A stretch of DNA of 64,000 bases from Alphaproteobacteria bacterium (GCA_009380075.1 WHSO01000001.1:108266-172265), one strand, 5' to 3'. Positions 50,537-58,012 are shown, counted from the stretch's first letter. Translations and numbers: made by a program. Notes: a model not told the origin generated them from the letters alone.

Positions 50537-51104
50537 TCTTTTCCCAAATCTTTTCGTAGGAATTCCAAAGTTCAGAAAACGCTTCGGGGTGTCTGCTTCT
50601 AGAAATCCTTATAGATGGACGCCGATCTCTACGAGAAAACGGCATTGCTATTTCCAGATGTGCGAACGCGTTTTTCCCAGATGGGTCTGCAATCCACCAT
50701 GAATAGCCAATGAATTCACTGTACCATTTGACTTGAATGCCTTTCTCAATCGCCATTTGTGTCACTTCCCGTATTTGGTCACGGATTGACATGCCGTCCG
50801 GGAGCGAACTTTCAAAACATTTCAAAGATGCACTATCGGGATTCGGCAGTATCAGACGTTTTATTTTTTCAAGCTGTTCTCCGGATTGGAATTGTTTACG
50901 CCCTGCAACCCAAAAAACATGCGCTTCCGTAACTCGCCGCAATTCATCCGTGAGCGGGCGTATGCGATCAAGGCCGTGCCTATCTGGATAAAACTCAACT
51001 CCCGTAATACCTCGCCGCAGGGCCATCAGCAGCCACCATAGCCATCGGAACGGTAGCCACTCGAATATCGTCCGCCAGAATGCCTCGCCTTTTTCGCCCG
51101 ACAT
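50511..51104 (-). CDS. Hypothetical 197-aa membrane-anchored passenger protein of unknown function
   Basis: ATG at 51104 preceded by GGGGGAAAGAG. One N-terminal TM helix (WRTIFEWLPFRWLWWLLMAL), then a soluble domain of about 160 aa (…FYPDRHGLDRIRPLTDELRRVTEAHVFWVAGRK… and …GIQVKWYSEFIGYSWWIADPSGKNAFAHLEIAMPF…). I recognise no family for it. GC is about 48%, against about 66% for the genome. Confidence 0.55.
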   Translation of the reverse strand: MSGEKGEAFWRTIFEWLPFRWLWWLLMALRRGITGVEFYPDRHGLDRIRPLTDELRRVTEAHVFWVAGRKQFQSGEQLEKIKRLILPNPDSASLKCFESSLPDGMSIRDQIREVTQMAIEKGIQVKWYSEFIGYSWWIADPSGKNAFAHLEIAMPFSRRDRRPSIRISRSRHPEAFSELWNSYEKIWEKSESQNGAR

Positions 51105-51237
51105 GACTCTTTCCCCCACGCGCCCCATGCGCTACGGGCTAGATACCACCATCGGGGGCCTTTGTACATAGCCCAAGGGGATATATGCGGCCCGCCCTGT
51201 CAAGAACGAAAAGTGAACAGATGGGGCAGACGCGCCC

Positions 51238-51849
51238 TCAACCCTTGCGGCGGCCGATCCGGAGCTCGGTCCCCTGCCACAGGCGCACGATATTGGCGTT
51301 GTGGCGGACGATCACCAGAAGAGCCAGGGCCGCGGCGACCATCGACAGGAACGGGCCGGAGAACATCCAGGCGAGGGCGGGCAGGGAGGCCATGCTCACC
51401 AGGGCGGCGAGGGAGGAATAGCGCGACAGCGCCGCCACCGCGGCCCAGACCAGGAGCGCGACCACCGCTGCCGGCCAGCAGGCGGCGATCATCACGCCGT
51501 AGGTGGTGGCGACGCCCTTGCCGCCCCTGAAGCCGAGCCAGACCGGGAAGACGTGGCCGAGCACCGCGCCGGCCCCGGCGGCCAGCGCGGCGACGTCGCC
51601 GAAGCGGGCGGCGAGGAGCACCGCTGCCACGCCCTTGGCCGCGTCGAGCAGCAGCGTCGCCGCGGCGATGCCCTTGCGCCCGGTGCGCAGCACGTTGGTG
51701 GCGCCGATGTTGCCCGAGCCCACGTCGCGGATGTCGCCGAGCCCGGCGGCGCGGGTCAGCAGCAGCCCGAACGGAATCGACCCCAGGAGGTAGCCGCCGA
51801 GGAGAGCCGCGAGGACCGGTCCCAAGGCGCCTGCGCCGTCGCCGCCCAT
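51238..51849 (-). CDS. plsY: Glycerol-3-phosphate acyltransferase PlsY
   Basis: …LLGSIPFGLLLTR…GSGNIGATNVLRTGRK… and a polytopic PlsY fold. Confidence 0.9.
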   Translation of the reverse strand: MGGDGAGALGPVLAALLGGYLLGSIPFGLLLTRAAGLGDIRDVGSGNIGATNVLRTGRKGIAAATLLLDAAKGVAAVLLAARFGDVAALAAGAGAVLGHVFPVWLGFRGGKGVATTYGVMIAACWPAAVVALLVWAAVAALSRYSSLAALVSMASLPALAWMFSGPFLSMVAAALALLVIVRHNANIVRLWQGTELRIGRRKG

Positions 51850-51850
51850 G

Positions 51851-53146
51851 TCACGCCTCTCCCGCGAACACGGTGCGCCCGCCGAAGACGGTGCGTACGC
51901 AGCGGCCCTGCACCGGCCGGCCGTCGAACAGGGTGTTCTTCGACTTCGACAGGAGGTCGCCCTCGCGGATCTTCCACGGGCGGTCGGGATCGATCAGCAC
52001 CAGGTCGGCCCGCGCCCCCACCGTGAGGCGCCCGGCGTCGAGCCCGAGCAACGCCGCCGGCGCCGCGGTGACCTTGCCGATCGCGTCGATCAGGGTCAGG
52101 ACCCGGTTGTGATAGAGCTCGAGCACCAGCGGCAGCAGGGTCTCCAGCCCGGTGGCGCCGGGAATGGCCTGGGCGAAGGGCAGGCGCTTGGAATCGGGAT
52201 CCTGGGGGATGTGATCCGACGCGATCAGGTCGATGGTGCCGTCGCGCAGCCCCTCGGCCACCGCCTTGCGGTCGTCCTCGGAGCGCAGCGGCGGCGACAG
52301 CTTGGCGAAGGTGCGGTAGCTGCCGATCTCGGCCTCGTTCAGGCCGAAGTAGTGGGGCGCGGTGTCGCAGGTGATCGCAAGCCCGCGCGCCCTGGCCTGG
52401 CGGATGGCGTCGACGCCGGCGGCGGTCGAGACATGGGCGGCGTGGTAGCGCCCGCCGGTCAGCCGGACGAGATGCAGGTCGCGCTCGATCATCATCACCT
52501 CGGCGCAGGCGGGGACGCCCTGCAGGCCGAGCCGGGTGGCGATCTCGCCCTCGTTCATCTGGCCGCCGCGGGCCAGCGACGGCTCCTCCGGATGCTGGAT
52601 GATGAGCGCGTCGAAGGCGGTGGCGTAGGACAGCGCGCGGCGCATCAGCACCGCGTCGCCGACGGCGTGGACGCCGTCGGTGAAGGCGACGGCGCCGGCC
52701 TCCCGCAGGAGGCCGATCTCGGTCAGGCGTTCGCCTCTGGCGCCGACCGTCAGCGCGCCGTAGGGATGCACGTTGACGAGCCCGGTTTCCTCGCCGCGCG
52801 TGATCATGAACTCGATCAGCGACACGTCGTCGATGACCGGGTTGGTGTTGGGCAGGGTGACCATGGTGGTGACGCCGCCGGTGACCGCGGCGGCGGCGGC
52901 GCTGGCCACCGATTCCTTGTAGGTCTCGCCGGGCTCGTGCACCAGCACGCGGGCATCCACCAGCCCGGGGGCCAGCACCATCGCGCCGCAGTCGACCGTC
53001 TCGATCCCGTCGGGCACGCCGTCGGCGAACAGGCGCGCGCCGAGGTCCGCTATCCGCCCGTCGGCGACCAGCAGCGCGCCCGTTTCGTCGCGCCCGCCCG
53101 CCGGGTCGATCAGCCGAGCGTTGACGTAGGCCGTGCGCGCGCTCAC
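51851..53146 (-). CDS. pyrC: Dihydroorotase-like protein. Probably the non-catalytic PyrC' subunit that partners with PyrB.
   Basis: Amidohydrolase fold collinear with class I DHOases. The metal-binding D-x-H-x-H region reads [13 protein letters not shown] (both His replaced). The later D-H-A-P-H region reads [11 protein letters not shown] start overlaps the pyrB stop (GTGA). Confidence 0.7.
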   Translation of the reverse strand: MSARTAYVNARLIDPAGGRDETGALLVADGRIADLGARLFADGVPDGIETVDCGAMVLAPGLVDARVLVHEPGETYKESVASAAAAAVTGGVTTMVTLPNTNPVIDDVSLIEFMITRGEETGLVNVHPYGALTVGARGERLTEIGLLREAGAVAFTDGVHAVGDAVLMRRALSYATAFDALIIQHPEEPSLARGGQMNEGEIATRLGLQGVPACAEVMMIERDLHLVRLTGGRYHAAHVSTAAGVDAIRQARARGLAITCDTAPHYFGLNEAEIGSYRTFAKLSPPLRSEDDRKAVAEGLRDGTIDLIASDHIPQDPDSKRLPFAQAIPGATGLETLLPLVLELYHNRVLTLIDAIGKVTAAPAALLGLDAGRLTVGARADLVLIDPDRPWKIREGDLLSKSKNTLFDGRPVQGRCVRTVFGGRTVFAGEA

Positions 53147-54114
53147 GAGCGGTTCCTCGCGTCGGCGCTGGGCAGGTTGGCGGTCACCGCCTCCAGGCAG
53201 GCCATGCGCACGGCGACCCCCATCTCCACCTGTTCGGTGATGAGCGAGCGCTCGACGTCGTCGGCGACGGCGGTGTCGATCTCGACGCCGCGGTTGATCG
53301 GCCCCGGATGCATGATCAGCGCGTCGGGCTTGGCGTTGGCGAGCTTGTCGTAGTCGAGGCCGTAGAAATGAAAGTTCTCCCTGAGCGAGGGCACGTAGGT
53401 GCCTTGCATGCGCTCGAGCTGCAGGCGCAGCATCATCACGATGTCGCAGTCCCGGAGGCCCTCGCGCATGTCGTGGAAGACCTCGACCCCCATGCGCGCG
53501 ATGGCGCGCGGGACCACGGTCGGCGGGCCCACCACGCGCACCCGCGCCCCCATGGCGGTGAGCAGATGGATGTTGGAGCGCGCGACGCGCGAATGGGCCA
53601 CGTCGCCGCAGATGGCGACGATCAGGCCGCCGATGCGCCCCTTGCGCCGGCGGATGGTGAGCGCGTCGAGCAGCGCCTGGGTCGGGTGCTCGTGGCTGCC
53701 GTCACCACCGTTGATGACCGCGCAGGTGACCTTCTGCGACAGGAGCTCGACCGCGCCGGAATGGGGGTGGCGCACGATGAGGACGTCGGGGTGCATGGCG
53801 TTGAGCGTCAGCGCCGTGTCGATCAGGGACTCGCCCTTCTGGATCGAGCTGGTCGCCACCGACATGTTGATGACGTCGCCGCCGAGCCGCTTGCCGGCCA
53901 GCTCGAACGACGTGCGCGTGCGGGTCGAATCCTCGAAGAACAGGTTCATCACCGTCCGCCCGCGCAGGAGGTCGGCGCGCTTCCGGGGGCCGCGCGACAG
54001 CGCGACGAAGCCGTCGGCGCGGTCGAGGAGATAGGCGATCTCGTCCGGCGTGAGGCCGTCGATGCCGAGGATGTGGCGGTGGCGAAAGCGGGTGGGATCG
54101 GCGTCCTGGGGCAT
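53143..54114 (-). CDS. pyrB: Aspartate carbamoyltransferase catalytic subunit
   Basis: [33 protein letters not shown]… with the STRTR carbamoyl-phosphate motif. About 323 aa from ATG 54114. The frame stays open for a further 93 codons upstream to 54393 (see findings). Confidence 0.85.
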   Translation of the reverse strand: MPQDADPTRFRHRHILGIDGLTPDEIAYLLDRADGFVALSRGPRKRADLLRGRTVMNLFFEDSTRTRTSFELAGKRLGGDVINMSVATSSIQKGESLIDTALTLNAMHPDVLIVRHPHSGAVELLSQKVTCAVINGGDGSHEHPTQALLDALTIRRRKGRIGGLIVAICGDVAHSRVARSNIHLLTAMGARVRVVGPPTVVPRAIARMGVEVFHDMREGLRDCDIVMMLRLQLERMQGTYVPSLRENFHFYGLDYDKLANAKPDALIMHPGPINRGVEIDTAVADDVERSLITEQVEMGVAVRMACLEAVTANLPSADARNRS

Positions 54115-54511
54115 CGGCAGCGGACTATATGTGGCGGGCGCCGGAGAGGACAGTCCCTTGCCGTCGTCCGCGCCGGACATATGGAAGAAATCGTCGGGCG
54201 TCAGCGTGATGCCGCGCCGCGCCGCCGCCGCGATGAGCGCGCGGTGATGCCGGGTGGGGATGCGGCCGTCGCTTCCGCCCCTGGCGCGCGGGTAGGTCCA
54301 GCGGTGGACGTTGGAGACGTGAATTCCCACCATCTCGGCCACCGCGTCGGGGCCGCCGCACTTTTCGATGACATGGGCCGCAGGGTCGAGCATGGGGCGA
54401 GGGTGGCAAAGCGGGGGAGCAACTTCAAGCCCTATTTTGCGATAAACGCAAAATTATATATTTATAATATAATACATGCACTTAATGGCAACGCGCTGGA
54501 AGCGCCGGCGG

Positions 54512-54952
54512 CTAATCCAGGGCCCGCAGGTCTGCCCGCGTCCGGTCGGCATCGCCGAGCAGGGCCTCGCAAGCGGCCTGGGTGCGTTCCCACAGCGGCA
54601 GGGCGCGCGCCAGAAGCGAACGCCCCGTCGCGGTGAGCGCCAGGCGGCGGACGCGCTTGTCGTCCCGGTCCGGGCGGATGACGACGAGCCGCCGCCGTTC
54701 CAGCGGCTTAAGGCTCGCGGTGAGCGTCGTGCGGTCCATCGCCAGTACCGCTGCAACGTCACCAACCCGCGGAGGTTCGGGCCGGTTGAGAGCCATCAGC
54801 AAGGAGAATTGCCCGCTGGTGATACCCAGCGGCCGGAACGCTTCGTCGAACCGGCGTGCCAGTGCGCGCGCCGCGCGCTGCGCATGCAGGCACAGGCAGC
54901 GATCATGGACCCTCAGGGTTTCCGAATGCGGAATCGATTCGCGGGTTGACAT
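54512..54952 (-). CDS. MarR-family transcriptional regulator
   Basis: …RFDEAFRPLGITSGQFSLLMAL…GDVAAVLAMDRTTLTASLKPLERRRLVVIRPDRDDKRVRRLALTATG… has a typical MarR winged-helix layout. Confidence 0.85.
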   Translation of the reverse strand: MSTRESIPHSETLRVHDRCLCLHAQRAARALARRFDEAFRPLGITSGQFSLLMALNRPEPPRVGDVAAVLAMDRTTLTASLKPLERRRLVVIRPDRDDKRVRRLALTATGRSLLARALPLWERTQAACEALLGDADRTRADLRALD

Positions 54953-54964
54953 GTACCAATTATG

Positions 54965-54990
54965 TTGATATCAACTTATTTGTCAATCAA
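54965..54990. promoter_or_regulatory. Candidate MarR operator region in the marR divergent promoter
   Basis: A perfect 10-bp palindrome TTGATATCAA (54965-54974) is followed by the related TTGTCAATCAA (54980-54990). Both lie within 40 bp of the marR start codon. Confidence 0.45.
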
Positions 54991-55022
54991 ACAATTCGGG
55001 CTACCCCAAGAGGGAGACTGCG

Positions 55023-55172
55023 ATACAGTTCCTGGCGTTCTACAGACCCGCAGAAATCTCCGACGCCCCGCCAAGTCCGGAACACATGGATCAGATGAAC
55101 CGTCTCATCGAGGCCATGCTGCAGATGAAGAAGCTCGACATTGCGACGCTGAAGCAGGCTGCCGAGGGATAG
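55023..55172 (+). pseudogene. Decayed YCII/DGPF-like gene with start-codon mutation and premature stop
   Basis: A strong SD AAGAGGGAGA is followed by ATA-CAG-TTC-CTG-GCG-TTC-TAC (I/M-Q-F-L-A-F-Y). ATA stands where ATG is expected. The frame continues ...RPAEISDAPPSPEHMDQMNRLIEAMLQMKKLDIATLKQAAEG and stops after about 50 codons, whereas YCII proteins are about 95 aa. Confidence 0.35.
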
Positions 55173-55226
55173 GCCGGACCCGGCATCGCACCACACGATC
55201 TCGACCCGACACGCAAGGAGATTCCC

Positions 55227-55958
55227 GTGCTTGACCAGATCGGAACGATCGTACTGATGACGGCGATCATCGTTAACTTCGGTGCGGTTGCCGTGGCGAT
55301 GGGCGGTTCGCTGGTGTGGCGGATCTCCTTCCTGATGATCGCCGGCCTGTGGACCGGCTTTGCGGTCGTGCTGGCGGCGGGTGGCGCACTACTCGGAAAT
55401 ACCGGCCTCGTCGGACCAGTGCCGCCGATCGGCGTCGTCGTTCTTACGCCTCTCGTCGCGGTGGCGGTGGCACTGGTGCTCTCGCCGGCCTTGCGCCGGA
55501 TGTTGCTGGCGCTGCCGACCGATCTGCTGATCGGACTCAATACGATCCGGATCATCGGTGTGTTTTTCCTGCTGCTCGTGGCACAGGGTCGTCTGGGCGG
55601 GCCGTTTCCCCAGTCCGCCGGTTGGGGCGACATCGCCACGGGTGTGGCGGCGCCATTGGTCGTACTGCTCCTTATAATACGGGCGCACAGGGGAGCCCCC
55701 GTCATTGCACGGGTCTGGAACGGGTTCGGTGCCCTCGATCTCGTCGCGGCCGTGGCGCTCGGCGCGATGTCGGCGGACGGCGCCCCCCTCCAGGTTTTCC
55801 ACACCGGGATCGCCGGGCCGCTACCCGTGCAGAGCCTGCCGTGGTCGCTGATCCCGACAGTGCTGGTGCCCTTCTGGCTAGTCCTCCACGGAATCATCCA
55901 TGTGCAACTGAGGCGCGGCACGACGTCCTTTCCCCGCTTGCACCTCGCGGGCGCATAA
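55227..55958 (+). CDS. Polytopic membrane protein of unknown function
   Basis: GTG start with AAGGAG 7 nt upstream. 243 aa, with six or more hydrophobic segments (MLDQIGTIVLMTAIIVNFGAVAVAMGGSLVWRISFLMIAGLWTGFAVVLAAGG…). Confidence 0.6.
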   Translation: MLDQIGTIVLMTAIIVNFGAVAVAMGGSLVWRISFLMIAGLWTGFAVVLAAGGALLGNTGLVGPVPPIGVVVLTPLVAVAVALVLSPALRRMLLALPTDLLIGLNTIRIIGVFFLLLVAQGRLGGPFPQSAGWGDIATGVAAPLVVLLLIIRAHRGAPVIARVWNGFGALDLVAAVALGAMSADGAPLQVFHTGIAGPLPVQSLPWSLIPTVLVPFWLVLHGIIHVQLRRGTTSFPRLHLAGA

Positions 55959-55969
55959 ACATAAAAAAG

Positions 55970-55993
55970 GGGCCGGTCCCGAAGGACCGGCCC
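55970..55993 (+). terminator. Intrinsic terminator hairpin after the membrane-protein gene
   Basis: GGGCCGGTCC-CGAA-GGACCGGCCC is a perfect 10-bp GC stem with a tetraloop. It starts 11 nt after the stop and is followed by AGGTTT. Confidence 0.7.
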
Positions 55994-56269
55994 AGGTTTA
56001 ACGCTCCTGACCGGGCGCTAGTTCATCACGGCCTGCGTGGCCGCGGGCGTGGATGCATACTGTCCCCTGATCACGACGACAGGGGCCCCTCGATGCCGAA
56101 GTCGTCATCGATCATGACGACGGGGTCCGCCGCCGCGCTCCACCATCCGCGATTCTGGCGAAGGTCATCGCATTGCAGTGTGACAGGAGGCCGCAACGAT
56201 TCGGGACAGATGGATGACAGATGGGGGAAGCCGGTGCTGGCCCGGTCGCGCCGCTCTCGGTCTTTTGTT

Positions 56270-56303
56270 GATATACAGTCAGATGAAGAAATTTCTGTAT
56301 ATC
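56270..56303. promoter_or_regulatory. Perfect 9-bp inverted repeat with a 16-nt spacer in the leader of the PilZ-methyltransferase gene
   Basis: GATATACAG-tcagatgaagaaattt-CTGTATATC lies in an AT-rich segment about 250 bp upstream of the 56552 start. Confidence 0.5.
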
Positions 56304-56551
56304 ATTAAAATAACATGATTTTTGGCTTCAACCATGGGTCGGTATGATCGTCCACAGTGACCTCTCGGCGCGCATACCCGTACTGCGTTTTTTCCAACTG
56401 CAAAAGCGGCGCCCTATTGGGTATTCTGAATATCGTTACAACAATTCCCGGCACAAAATTTGGCGTGGTGCATAAAGACCTTGGAATTTGACCCATTTAA
56501 TGCCTACGGTTAACAAAAGGTTAGCGTCACAAGTTTAGAGAGAACCTGACC

Positions 56552-58012
56552 ATGAAGACTTACGAGGACTTAACCGGCGCCGCCGGTCGCAAGGTTTTTT
56601 ATCGTGCGGAACGGTTTGCTGCGGCGGACCTGTTTCGCCGTCGGCCCCCGGCGGCGATCATCGACGGCGTTCACTACGAGCTGGAAAACCTCAGCATGAC
56701 GGGACTGGCTGCCCGCGCGCCGGCCGGGGAGGCGTGGCGCGGCGACGTTGGCTCCGACGTATCCGTCTGGCTTCAGCAGGGTAACGCCCCGCTGTTCGAG
56801 GGCGCGGGAAACGTCCGGCGCGTCGAACCCGCCGGCCGTCATTCGCGCATTGCGCTCAGCTTCAAGGGCGCGCCGTTATCGATTCCCGATCTCGTCTCCC
56901 GCCACAACGAGAATCAGTTGCTGGTTCAGCTCAACGGGGGACTTGGTCATTTGCGCGGCGAGGTACCGCCGGAATACCGGCGTCACTGCGCCGACGTGTT
57001 GCATCTCCTGCGCGGCTATCGTTCCGCGCTGAAGGATGTCGACAGCACCGCGGCGTCGAACGGAAGCCTGCCCGACACCGACCGCGTTGCCACGCTTTAC
57101 AGGATGGCCGAGGAACGCATGCTTCCCGAGTGGCGGCAGCTCTGGCATGAAGGGAACGCCCTTGTCCGTCCGTTGATGAGCGATGCGGCGCGGCTGATCC
57201 CGGTCAAGCAGTTCACCGAGAGCGTGCTGACGCCGGAGTTCATGGCGGGGGCAATCTGGAATCGCAGCTACCGCAAGCCGCTCGGCTATCCCGGCGACTA
57301 CGCCATGATGAATTACGTCTACGAATGGCAGCCCGTCGGCGATACGATCTACGAGCGGCTCATGCACCGTATCGGCCTTGACGTCGCGGAATGCATCGCG
57401 ACCCGGATGGTCATGGTGCAGGAGGCCATCGCCGAAACCGTCGCCACCCGGGCCGAAGGGGACACCGCGCGGGTCCTGAGCCTCGGCTGCGGACCGGCCC
57501 AGGAGGTCGCCAATTTCCTGCGCGCCCCCGCCCTGACGGCGCCGGTGGCCTTTACGCTCGTGGACCAGGACTGCCATGCGCTCGGTCACGCCTATGAGCG
57601 GGTCTACCGCGAGGTCGTGCGCCACAACAACCGCTCGACCGTCGAGTGTCTCCAGGCGTCGTTCGCGCAGCTCATGCGGGCGTCGGCGCTTTTCGCCGCC
57701 CTGCCGCCCCAGGATCTCATATACAGCGTCGGGCTTCTCGACTACCTGTCCATGCGGCGGGTACAGGAGCTCGTCCGCGCGCTGTTCGAAAAGGTGGCCC
57801 CCGGTGGGCAGCTCATCATCGGCAACATGGCCGACGTGGCCGGCGGCAACCAGTGGCCGATGGAATTCATCTGCGACTGGACGTTGCACTACCGCAGCGA
57901 GGCGGAGATGCACGACATGGCGGCGCTGGTTTCCGGGGCGACGATGACGCTGCGTCCCGATCCGACCGGAAGGGTTTACCTGCTGTATATCACCAAGCCC
58001 GGCGCGGCCTGA
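56552..58012 (+). CDS. Two-domain protein: N-terminal PilZ-like domain fused to a C-terminal class I SAM-dependent methyltransferase
   Basis: N-terminal residues 25-100 carry FRRRPP, then ...NLSMTG... and ...GNVRRVEPAGRHSRIALSF. These resemble the PilZ RxxxR / (D/N)xSxxG / G-x-V-R motifs. The C-terminal part carries methyltransferase motif I ARVLSLGCGPAQEV, post-I TLVDQD, motif II DLIYSVGLLDYLS and motif III VAPGGQLIIGN. Confidence 0.6.
   Translation: MKTYEDLTGAAGRKVFYRAERFAAADLFRRRPPAAIIDGVHYELENLSMTGLAARAPAGEAWRGDVGSDVSVWLQQGNAPLFEGAGNVRRVEPAGRHSRIALSFKGAPLSIPDLVSRHNENQLLVQLNGGLGHLRGEVPPEYRRHCADVLHLLRGYRSALKDVDSTAASNGSLPDTDRVATLYRMAEERMLPEWRQLWHEGNALVRPLMSDAARLIPVKQFTESVLTPEFMAGAIWNRSYRKPLGYPGDYAMMNYVYEWQPVGDTIYERLMHRIGLDVAECIATRMVMVQEAIAETVATRAEGDTARVLSLGCGPAQEVANFLRAPALTAPVAFTLVDQDCHALGHAYERVYREVVRHNNRSTVECLQASFAQLMRASALFAALPPQDLIYSVGLLDYLSMRRVQELVRALFEKVAPGGQLIIGNMADVAGGNQWPMEFICDWTLHYRSEAEMHDMAALVSGATMTLRPDPTGRVYLLYITKPGAA

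Larger units (their letters stand above)
49476..51190. mobile_element. 1,715-bp IS1595-family insertion element carrying passenger genes, inserted in the plsY-dprA intergenic region
   Basis: Terminal inverted repeats: IRL 49476-49501 is CCGCATATATCCCCTTtacCTATGTA. IRR 51165-51190 (reverse complement) is CCGCATATATCCCCTTgggCTATGTA. 23 of 26 positions are identical. A 6-bp direct repeat CCCGCC flanks the element at 49470-49475 and 51191-51196. The interior is 10-18% lower in GC than the surroundings. Confidence 0.8.

Noticed and set aside
54394-54511. AT-rich tract tatatatttataatataata as a possible mobile-element end or repeat
   Set aside because: It is a single copy and has no inverted partner. 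It most plausibly represents the -10-rich promoter region of the pyrB operon, placed downstream of marR.
51848-54636. Plus-strand ORFs of 501 and 442 aa (51848..53353, 53308..54636)
   Set aside because: They are antisense to pyrC' and pyrB, with low-complexity Gly/Arg/Asp-rich translations.
56093-56311. 72-aa ORF in the PilZ-methyltransferase leader (MPKSSSIMTTGSAAALHHPRFWRR…)
   Set aside because: Its composition is not protein-like and it spans the palindromes, which are more plausibly DNA/RNA elements. Retained only as part of the structured-leader finding.
56305-56496. 63-aa minus-strand ORF in the AT-rich leader
   Set aside because: It has no RBS, sits in an AT-rich regulatory region and has odd composition. 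Likely spurious.
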